Of a DNA stretch of 64,000 nucleotides, positions 45,501 to 53,958 are shown in pieces (position 1 is the first letter of the stretch; the number at the start of each line of letters is the position of its first letter). Origin of the DNA: Oscillatoriales cyanobacterium CG2_30_40_61 (lineage in GTDB: Bacteria; Cyanobacteriota; Cyanobacteriia; Cyanobacteriales; Microcoleaceae); assembly GCA_001873365.1 (NCBI GenBank), contig MNYZ01000093.1:504-64503 (forward strand), written 5' to 3'. The position numbers and the translations under genes are program-made. A model generated the notes under the pieces. It saw only the letters and a program-made list of their open reading frames with translations, made no database searches and had not been told where the DNA came from.

Positions 45501-47618
45501 CTATATTAATTTACTAGACAGAGGTGCTGTTTCGCCTTGACACACCCATGCACCCCAAAAATAGGGATGATTTAACGGTTGATAATTGGGATCGGGATAG
45601 TTGTTTTCGGGGTATAATTCTTTGAGAACAGTTTGACCGAGTTCGGTGGTTTGTAATTTAGAAATTGTCGCGTTTTTAATATAATCTTGGGCAAATTCTA
45701 ACGCTTGTAAACGGCCACAACCCGTATTTATTTTATCAAAAAATAACTTCATTAACAACGCCGTGGCTTTATCGGGAACAGACCATAAACTCATAAGTAA
45801 GGTTTTTGAACCGGCGATCGCAAATGCCCGACGCAACCCAAATACACCCTCTCCTGATGCTAAATCTCCTAATCCCGTTTGACAAGCAGATAAAATACTA
45901 ATTTCCGTTGCCCATAAATCTAATGCTGCCACGTCTAGGGCAAAAACTAATCCTTTTCCGTATTCTTTCGATAAGGGTTGACCCCGTAAAACTGTGTTAG
46001 TTCCTGTTAAGGCTAATACCGATCTTAACATCGGATCTTCAACATTGGAAAAAAGATTTTCTGAGGAAGGTTTAACTTCTTTTTCGATAATAGTTGCCAG
46101 AGAATTCAAGAAATCTGCTAAATTTTGCCGATTATTTTCTTTTGCTAAATCCGCATATAATAGTATCAACGCTAATAAATCTTTATTCCATAAATCTTGA
46201 TGATTTTTTAACAGGTTGATTTCTTCTCCTTCAGGACAACTGAGCAAATCTTGAATTAAATGATGATAATTTTGTTCTTGTTTCTGCCCAACAAATAACC
46301 CGTGAGTAGCAAACAATAGAATTTTAGGAGATTTATGGCGATGGAGATAGGACTCGCGGGCTTCATTTTCTAAATAGGGTTTGACCTTCAGAAGTTTAGC
46401 AACGGTTTCTCCTAAGAAACGGGTTCCTAATACTCGTTTACAACCCGATAAAGTTTGTAGCAGGGTTTGGGGTTCGTTGGTGTTGAGTTCAATATTACAG
46501 TTTTGAGGACTATTTTTAATAGTTTTATCCTCATCTTCTGGAAAGGGTTGGGGATAATCAAAATTCGGATCAGCCATAATTAAGGGAGCCGATGGGATAG
46601 CATGGGAAACGATAGTTTTCCGCAAGATTTCTCGCCCCACACTTAAATAACTGATACTGTAATCTTCTATTAATAACCGTCCGTTTTCTTGGGTTAACAG
46701 TTGAAAGGGGAGCAGGTTTAAGTTGCTGTCGGGGGCGATGATCAGTGACCTAACCCCCCCAGCCCCCCTTCCCTGCGAGGGAATGGGGGTGACATCTTTC
46801 TCCCCTCGCCTCGCAGGAGATGGGTCGGGGGTGACATCTTTCTCCCCTCGCCTCGCAGGAGAGGGGTTGGGGGAGAGGTCATTCAACACCTGAAACCCCG
46901 ATCTAACAACAGCCGCCGCAACCCTTGACCATGACTAACGAAAGAGGGAGAAGACCGCACAACAACCTCCTCCTCATCCCCGAAGTCTAAACGGCCGATC
47001 GCATTTTCTTGAGGAGGGGAGAAATTATCAGGAGGAAGGGAAACCCCCGCCCGAAATAGACGAATTAACCGATCAATTTCCGCCGCATCCCCTAGATCCA
47101 CCATCGCCACTTGATCCGGTTGTTGGGCCGGGAGAATAAACGCCAGATAACGGGCGGGTTTCCAGTGTTCCTGTTCAGGGGCGGTGAAGTCATACACCCG
47201 AAAATGCACAAACTCTAACAGGGTACTACCGAGGGGAAGTTCCAACGCCACCGCTTGACGGTCGGGGAGGGCGTTTTGCAGTTGCACTTCTGGAATTTCA
47301 CGGGCCAGCAGTCGGTTAATTTCATCGGCTTGTTTTTGCGACGTCCCGATCTGCTCAAGGATATCGTCTCGCTGGTCAAATTGACTGGCTAGGGAGATGG
47401 TGAGAGAAATAATTTTATTGTTGATCGAGGTTAATAACCTGTCGGTTGAGTTGTTTCCATTGTTTTTTCAACTTTCTTGATTGATCCAATGGATTTAATT
47501 CTAATAACTTATCCTTCAGGTAGAGAACTAACTTGATTAAAACAACAAAAAAAATAACAGGAAAAATTAGAATTACTTGAATTAAATTTTTGTAAACCGT
47601 GACTTTGTTCTTATTCAT
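45501..47618 (-). pseudogene. CHAT (caspase-like) domain gene split by two apparent single-base frameshifts (about 47417 and about 46895) and carrying an in-frame repeat insertion
   Basis: The three pieces 47415-47618, 46883-47287 (frame open up to 47467) and 45501-46889 join into one continuous CHAT-type protein. The catalytic motifs FATHG and LSACQTG and the terminal HPYFWGAW are present. Confidence 0.75.
46746..46881. repeat. GC-rich miniature repeat element with imperfect TIRs and an internal 42-bp tandem duplication, inserted in the CHAT gene
   Basis: TGACCTAACCCCCCC...GGGGGAGAGGTCA. The unit GGGGGTGACATCTTTCTCCCCTCGCCTCGCAGGAGA occurs at 46785 and 46827. Confidence 0.85.
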
Positions 47619-47645
47619 GTTTATACCTTCCTCTGGGTTAGGGAA

Positions 47646-48101
47646 TTAAGCAATAATTGAATATTCAGAATAAAACAGTTGATGGCCGTTGCTGGGGTTG
47701 AGGTTATTCTGAAGTTCTAATAAATGTTCTACCGTTAAGGATAGGAATTTTTCAGACCCTTGTTTTAACCAAGTTAGGGTTAAGGTGATTCTATATTTTT
47801 CTAATAATGTTGTCACCTGACCCCCCTGTAGCTCTTGACTCGGATCAATATTACAAAGTTGTTTAATTGCTGGATAAACATCTTTGGATAATGTCACTCT
47901 CACACTATTAGCACTTGAGAAAACTTTTGCAGCAATATCTTGAGGACTATAACCTAACAGTAATCCTCTCAAGTATTTTTTCTGCACCGATGTTAGTTCT
48001 TTGGCATTTGCGATCGCTAAATCTCTATATAATTGAGGCAGATTCCAATATTGTGCCGCTTCTGCAAAGACTTGATCATCTGGGATATTAGCAATAACCA
48101 T
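47646..48101 (-). CDS. HTH-type protein of the family usually found N-terminal to cyanobacterial NTPase/WD40 conflict proteins
   Basis: WNLPQLYRDLA...ELTSVQKKYLRGLLLGYSPQDIAAKV...VRVTLSKDVYPAIKQL. The family call is from pattern recall. Confidence 0.65.
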   Translation of the reverse strand: MVIANIPDDQVFAEAAQYWNLPQLYRDLAIANAKELTSVQKKYLRGLLLGYSPQDIAAKVFSSANSVRVTLSKDVYPAIKQLCNIDPSQELQGGQVTTLLEKYRITLTLTWLKQGSEKFLSLTVEHLLELQNNLNPSNGHQLFYSEYSIIA

Positions 48102-48335
48102 AATTCTCCTCTGGTTTAGAAACCGGGTTTCTGAAGTTATCTAGTTTTACTATAACAAACCCTTTGATAAAATTCAAGCTAAAATTATCTATTTTGAAAA
48201 TTACTATTATTTCGTTAATGAGTATTAACCGAAGGTAGAACAAATCAGTTTCTTCAAAAAACAGGTTTCTAAAAATGCTATGATTAATAATGTTTATCGT
48301 CAAAATAAAAACCCCTGACTTTCAACCGAGGTTTA

Positions 48336-48445
48336 GATCCCCCTAAATCCCCCTTCCCAAGGGGGACTTTGAGTTTTGGTGCTTTCCTCTTTATTTATTA
48401 AGTGCTTCCGGTTCCCCCCTTATTAAGGGGGGTTAGGGGGGATCG
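48336..48445. repeat. Inverted pair of CCCCCTAAATCCCCCTT-N-AAGGGGG elements (miniature dispersed repeat); degenerate copy at about 61511-61545
   Basis: gatccccctaaatcccccttcccaagggggac at the left and ccccccttattaaggggggttaggggggatc at the right. Confidence 0.8.
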
Positions 48446-48638
48446 AAACCCCAGGACAAAGTAAAACTTTTAATCTTAACTCCTAATTAAGTTTTTAAGG
48501 TTAATGGTTATTAACCTTAAAAACTTGAAAAACCCGGTTAATGAAACCTGTTTAATAATGCTATTGATTCGTTAATGAGTGTCAGTTACGTTTTAAATAA
48601 TTTCCTGTCAATATGAGAGCAGAGTTCAGGAATAGATT

Positions 48639-49229
48639 ATGACATCTTACGACTTATCCATCAATTCTGCAAACAATATTCAACCCTTCCCTAACCATCA
48701 ACTGCAATTACCGACAATCTTAGAAACAAAATGGATGCAATTGATTAAACCTCACCCCGATTATTTTGAACCTATTGAACAAATGTTACAAGACCCCGAA
48801 ATGATGAAATATGTCACCACAGGGGCGCGTTCAAACGCACAAGCGAAACTTGAAACCTTAGCGTTTCAAAAAGCTTGGGAACGACAGGGATGGGGGGCTT
48901 ATTTTCTGTTGAATAAACAGACAAAAGATGTTATGGGAGCCGTTATTAAACTCTATTTAAGCGATCGCACTCCCTATCTGCAAATCGGCTATTTTTTAGG
49001 GCGTGAATATTGGGGCAAAGGATACGGAACTGAAGCCGGAAAAATGGCTTTAAAACTGGGATTTTATGGCTTAAATCAACCGCGTATTGATGCCTTTGCC
49101 CATATCAATAATATTCCCAGTCGTCATATCCTCGAAAAAATTGGCATGACCTGTATTACTGATCAATTCATCTATGACGGTCGCCAATATGCCCACTATC
49201 TGATCAATCGTTCAGACTATCAAATCTAA
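48639..49229 (+). CDS. GNAT family N-acetyltransferase (RimJ/RimL type)
   Basis: QIGYFLGREYWGKGYGTEA and NIPSRHILEKIGM. Confidence 0.9.
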   Translation: MTSYDLSINSANNIQPFPNHQLQLPTILETKWMQLIKPHPDYFEPIEQMLQDPEMMKYVTTGARSNAQAKLETLAFQKAWERQGWGAYFLLNKQTKDVMGAVIKLYLSDRTPYLQIGYFLGREYWGKGYGTEAGKMALKLGFYGLNQPRIDAFAHINNIPSRHILEKIGMTCITDQFIYDGRQYAHYLINRSDYQI

Positions 49230-49339
49230 CGAAAAAACGGGGCAGGTTTAGCAAGATTTGGGGTAATTTTCAAAGGTTGACGAGAACCCGTCCCTACTGG
49301 TTTTTTGCACAAATTCATATTAAGATAAAAGGAGATATT

Positions 49340-49588
49340 ATGCAAGATAATCAATGCAATGGCTTTGGGTGTAAGTGGATTCAAAACCGCCACGACGCCG
49401 ATAATTGGGTGTGTTTAAAATGTGGAAAAGATCGCCATATTCGTACTAATGATCCCGCTTTAACGATTATTATTTTTAGTGCGATCGCCCTGATCTTTGT
49501 CTTAATTTTTAATTCTCAGTCCTCTGAATCTTCCGTTAAAACTCTCCCCGAATCCTATATGATTGAAACCTACGATATTAACCCATAA
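49340..49588 (+). CDS. Small protein with a four-Cys zinc-ribbon-like motif and one TM helix
   Basis: AGGAG RBS, then MQDNQCNGFGC...WVCLKCG...ALTIIIFSAIALIFVLIF. Confidence 0.6.
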   Translation: MQDNQCNGFGCKWIQNRHDADNWVCLKCGKDRHIRTNDPALTIIIFSAIALIFVLIFNSQSSESSVKTLPESYMIETYDINP

Positions 49589-49718
49589 CCCATCAAATCG
49601 GGTTTCTAACTATTCTTGATCAATTTAGAAACCCGGTTAATTATAAAATCGATTAAAAACTTGACAATGATCAAAATATCAATTAAAATATTAACATATA
49701 GCTTATTTTTTAAGAAAA

Positions 49719-50405
49719 ATGGCAACCTCAATCGCCAGTTTTAAAATAACCTGGGAACCCCTTCCCGATGATTTTATTTTACCGGATGATCCTGTGGATA
49801 ATATTAATCAACCTGCATTAGCTTCCGCTTTAACAGATAGTCTACAAAATGCAGGAAAACTCCCCCCAAATAGTTTAACTCCAACCAATTATGGAATTTG
49901 TGCAACGGTTAATGACAAAATAGTAATTAAAGCACCAGATTGGGCATTTATTCCAGAAATTCGAGTTCCCAGAACCGATATTCAACGTAGTTATACCCCA
50001 CAATTACAAGGAGATATTCCGCTTTTAGTTGTAGAATTTCTGTCCGATACCGAAGGCGGAGAATATTCGATTAAATCAACCTATCCGCCCGGGAAATGGT
50101 TTTTCTATCAAACAATTTTGCAAGTCAAACATTATGTTATTTTTGAACCCCCGCAAGGCATTTTAGAAGTCTACAGTTTAAATCAAAACGGAGAATATCA
50201 GTTACAAACTGCTAATGCAAATAGCCGTTATTTTTTCCCAGAAATGAACTTATATTTAGGGGTTTGGCAAGGAACCAGAGAAAACAGAACTGGATATTGG
50301 TTGCGGTGGTGGGATGAAAGCGAAAAATTATTATTATGGGGATTTGAATTAGCAGAAAGATTAGCTGCACAATTACGAGCAGCAGGTATTGAACCCGAAG
50401 TTTAA
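49719..50405 (+). CDS. Uma2 family (DUF820-like) putative endonuclease
   Basis: LPDDPVDNINQP, KAPDW, VVEFLS and YFFPEMNLYLGVW. Confidence 0.88.
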   Translation: MATSIASFKITWEPLPDDFILPDDPVDNINQPALASALTDSLQNAGKLPPNSLTPTNYGICATVNDKIVIKAPDWAFIPEIRVPRTDIQRSYTPQLQGDIPLLVVEFLSDTEGGEYSIKSTYPPGKWFFYQTILQVKHYVIFEPPQGILEVYSLNQNGEYQLQTANANSRYFFPEMNLYLGVWQGTRENRTGYWLRWWDESEKLLLWGFELAERLAAQLRAAGIEPEV

Positions 50406-50437
50406 TTAAACCGAATTGCTTGGAGGAAATTGATCGG

Positions 50438-51385
50438 ATGTCTGAACACTTCGACAAGCTCAGTGCAAAGCATTATCCCAGAAATATGATCGGTTATGGT
50501 CGCCATACCCCCGATCCAAAATGGCCGAACCAAGGCCGAATTGCCGTACAATTTGTAATTAATTATGAAGAAGGTGGCGAGAATTGTATTCTACATGGTG
50601 ATCAATCTTCTGAAGCCTTTTTATCAGAAATTATTGGGGCTGAACCCTTTCACGGACTGCGCCATTTAAACATGGAATCGATTTATGAATATGGCAGTAG
50701 AGCGGGGTTTTGGCGACTGTATCGGCTGTTTACCCAACGTCATATCCCCGTGACCGTTTATGGGGTCGCCATGGCTTTAGAACGCAACCCAGAAGCCGTT
50801 GCAGCCATGTTAGAGGCGGACTGGGAAATCGCTAGTCACGGTTATCGTTGGATTGATTATAAATATTTTAATCAAGAAATGGAGCGCGAACATTTACAAA
50901 AAGCGATCGCCATTCATACAAAAGTTACCGGAAATCGTCCCCTGGGTTGGTATACAGGACGCACCAGTCCCCACACCCGCAAATTAGTCGTAGAAGCCGG
51001 AGGATTTTTGTATGATGCTGATAGTTATGCCGATGATTTACCCTATTGGGTTTATGATTATAAAACCCCCCATTTAGTCATTCCCTATACCCTTGATAAT
51101 AATGATATGCGATTTGCAACAAATCAAGGGTTTAACTGTGGGGAACAGTTTTTCACCTATTTAAAAGATGCCTTTGATTTATTATATGCTGAAGGAGAAA
51201 CCGCACCGAAAATGATGAGTATTGGGTTACATTGTCGTTTAGTCGGTAGACCCGGACGGGCGGCGGCACTGGCTCGGTTTTTAGATTATATTCAAAACCA
51301 TGACCGGGTTTGGATCTGTCGTCGGGTTGATATTGCTAACCATTGGTATGAGTATAATAGACCCATAGCCGAAAACAACTTTTAA
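50438..51385 (+). CDS. puuE: Allantoinase PuuE (polysaccharide deacetylase fold)
   Basis: YPRNMIGYG, AVQFVINYEEGGE, SIYEYGSRAGFWRL, GWYTGR and MMSIGLHCRLVGRPGR. Confidence 0.92.
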   Translation: MSEHFDKLSAKHYPRNMIGYGRHTPDPKWPNQGRIAVQFVINYEEGGENCILHGDQSSEAFLSEIIGAEPFHGLRHLNMESIYEYGSRAGFWRLYRLFTQRHIPVTVYGVAMALERNPEAVAAMLEADWEIASHGYRWIDYKYFNQEMEREHLQKAIAIHTKVTGNRPLGWYTGRTSPHTRKLVVEAGGFLYDADSYADDLPYWVYDYKTPHLVIPYTLDNNDMRFATNQGFNCGEQFFTYLKDAFDLLYAEGETAPKMMSIGLHCRLVGRPGRAAALARFLDYIQNHDRVWICRRVDIANHWYEYNRPIAENNF

Positions 51386-51415
51386 TGGTTAATCAATTTT
51401 AATTTAAAAAATATT

Positions 51416-52057
51416 ATGACAGACACAACTGTTACCCTTGATAATAATACCTTTGTATTTTTATTGGGAACCGATAATAATGATACTATATTAGGAGGGG
51501 TAGAAAATGACTTAATATTAGGACTTTCAGGGAATGATTTTTTATCGGGAAATTTAGGAAATGATTGGTTAAATGGAAATTTAGATAATGATGCAGTCGT
51601 GGGAAATGAGGGTAATGATACCCTTTATGGAGGGCAAAATAATGATATTTTAGATGGTCGAATTGGAGATGATTTATTATTTGGAAATTTAGATAATGAT
51701 GACCTCACCGGAGACGAGGGAAATGATACCTTATTTGGGGGTCAAGGAATAGATATTCTGCGGGGAAATGATGGGGATGACTGGTTATATGGAGATAAAG
51801 ATAATGATACCTTAATTGGAGGTGCTGGACGCGATCGCTTTATCCTTACCAATAATTCAGGAAGCGATACTATCAATGACTTTACCCAAGGTGAGGATAT
51901 AATTGAGTTAACTGGAGGATTAGATTTTACCCAATTAACCTTAGTTTCCGATCTAAATAATACCCTAATTCTTGTCACCAATACCAGCGAAATATTAGCG
52001 ACATTAATTGATATTTCTGCGAATAGCTTAAATAGCAACGACTTTCAAACTCTATAG
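51416..52057 (+). CDS. RTX/hemolysin-type calcium-binding repeat protein
   Basis: Multiple GxxGND(x)LxG nonapeptides and a C-terminal DTINDFTQGEDII. Confidence 0.88.
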   Translation: MTDTTVTLDNNTFVFLLGTDNNDTILGGVENDLILGLSGNDFLSGNLGNDWLNGNLDNDAVVGNEGNDTLYGGQNNDILDGRIGDDLLFGNLDNDDLTGDEGNDTLFGGQGIDILRGNDGDDWLYGDKDNDTLIGGAGRDRFILTNNSGSDTINDFTQGEDIIELTGGLDFTQLTLVSDLNNTLILVTNTSEILATLIDISANSLNSNDFQTL

Positions 52058-52177
52058 AAGTCACACAACCCACGGCGTTCGACAAAGACTAACCCAGCAA
52101 ACCTAACAGTCAACTATTTTCTCCCTCATTCCCTATTCCCTATTCCCTATTACCCATTACCTATCTTAAATTTAACC

Positions 52178-53197
52178 ATGTCTCAACAGATATACCCCCT
52201 TAATATTAGTGTTCATCCCCAACTAGAAAAATCCCTAGGCTATCATTCTAATAATAGATGGGTGGCTTGGTATTGGGAATCTGATATTGAACAAGCATTC
52301 TTTACCGATGGTCAAAACCTAGGAACAACTTCGGCTTTATCTTGGCAAATTTTATTACAACATCCCAATATTAGTTCCAGTTTACAACAGTATTTCCCCG
52401 ACCCTAATCAGCAATATGGGTTACTTTTAGATCGAAAAACCCGTAACCTTTATATCGGAGAGGGAAAACTGATTCAAAATTTATTAGAACAACCAGATAG
52501 TTTAAATTTACTTGCTTGTTTAGAAACTAAAAATCAGAGTTTTTCTAATATCAAATATCAATGGAATCAAATCACTTATAATCCTTTACTATTAAATTTA
52601 TTAAAATGGATTCCCTTAACTGTTGCTGTTGGTTTTGTGACTATATTAGGTTTAAAAACCGGATCTTCCCTAATTCCTAAAGTAGAACAGCAACTAACCC
52701 GTTCTCCTGTTTCCCAGCCTATTATAGCCATAAATCAAACCTGTGGAGTCGGAGGATCTGATGATTTTAACCATTATGAAATTAAAACATCCCAACCCAA
52801 AGAACTGCATTTAATTGGAGTCTATGAAGCCGATCCTAATCATAGCGGAAACCAACGTTCTCCCGGTACAATTTCTGTTAACATTAACCGTCAGAATCAA
52901 CCCATAATATTAGCTTTATCATCCTATGAACCCGTGACCTGGAAACTGGATATTAAGCCCGGAGTTATCATTGAAAAAATAATTTTAAATGGATATTATG
53001 ATCAAAATATTATGGGAGTTTCGGGGATTCCCATTCAGGAGTATAGTCAAGAAGGAACCCATCAAACTTTAGGAAATTTTCCCTATCAATGGAATAGTGT
53101 TTCTTCCACCCTGGTTAATCAACTCCAACAAAAAACCGGACTTGAAATTACCACCTTTCAAGGTTGTTATCGAGGTACAGAGTTTAAAATAGATTAA
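52178..53197 (+). CDS. Two-domain hypothetical membrane protein (cytoplasmic domain, TM, exported beta-rich domain)
   Basis: Central hydrophobic segment WIPLTVAVGFVTILGL. No family can be recognised with confidence. Confidence 0.65.
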   Translation: MSQQIYPLNISVHPQLEKSLGYHSNNRWVAWYWESDIEQAFFTDGQNLGTTSALSWQILLQHPNISSSLQQYFPDPNQQYGLLLDRKTRNLYIGEGKLIQNLLEQPDSLNLLACLETKNQSFSNIKYQWNQITYNPLLLNLLKWIPLTVAVGFVTILGLKTGSSLIPKVEQQLTRSPVSQPIIAINQTCGVGGSDDFNHYEIKTSQPKELHLIGVYEADPNHSGNQRSPGTISVNINRQNQPIILALSSYEPVTWKLDIKPGVIIEKIILNGYYDQNIMGVSGIPIQEYSQEGTHQTLGNFPYQWNSVSSTLVNQLQQKTGLEITTFQGCYRGTEFKID

Positions 53198-53293
53198 ATG
53201 AGGAACGGGTAATGGGTAATGGGGATTTCACGAATTTTAATCTGTGTAATCCGCGTAATCCGCTTAAATCCGTGATCCTCTTTCAACTAAAAA

Positions 53294-53848
53294 TTATTGT
53301 TTTTGTTCAACTCCAAAACCAACTAATAATATATTTTCTAAGGGGTTATTCTCAATCGGTCGTTGATAATTAAGAATTCTACGAATTCTTAACTTTGGAT
53401 TAATTAAAGTAATCGAATCTACCGAAACAATACTGGTATAAGTAGTTTTCATTAACAATTCCCGAGTTTCCGTATGGTAGCTAAAATGCGACACCATCGG
53501 TCTTGCTTCTTCATAGGCTTTATCCCGGAGATAATCTCCTTCAATAATCGGGAAATCTAGTTTTTGAGGGACAAAAAGAATATTTAATTCTTGAGAAACC
53601 TCATCCCCTTTTTCCGAAACCGTTTGAAACGCTAGTCGATATCCGGGTAAAACTTCTAACTCTAAGTTTGTTGATAAACGGTGATTATCTTCTAAGACTT
53701 TAGCTTTAGCTGAATTCTCCAAAGGATGAATCACAAATTCGGTATGCGATCGCTCAACTTCCCGATAACTCAGATAATGATAGGTACGTTCTGTGATCCA
53801 TTGACCCACACAATGGTCGAAAAATTCCTGAAATTGTGCAATCGACAT
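53294..53848 (-). CDS. Phycobiliprotein lyase, CpcS/CpeS superfamily (CpcV-like)
   Basis: FQEFFDHCVGQWITERTYHYL...NPKLRIRRI...GFGVEQK. Confidence 0.75.
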   Translation of the reverse strand: MSIAQFQEFFDHCVGQWITERTYHYLSYREVERSHTEFVIHPLENSAKAKVLEDNHRLSTNLELEVLPGYRLAFQTVSEKGDEVSQELNILFVPQKLDFPIIEGDYLRDKAYEEARPMVSHFSYHTETRELLMKTTYTSIVSVDSITLINPKLRIRRILNYQRPIENNPLENILLVGFGVEQKQ

Positions 53849-53958
53849 GGTGAATATCACTCCTCTTAAATCATCTTTGCAACAGTTTTTAACATTTTTT
53901 AGTAAAAATCCCTAGTAATTCTAAGATCTAAACTAAATTATCCTGTTGATGAACTCCT

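Noticed and set aside
48088-48303. 71-aa ORF
   Set aside because: It is AT-rich, spans an AGAAACCGGGTTTCT repeat region, overlaps the HTH gene start, and shows no protein-like pattern.
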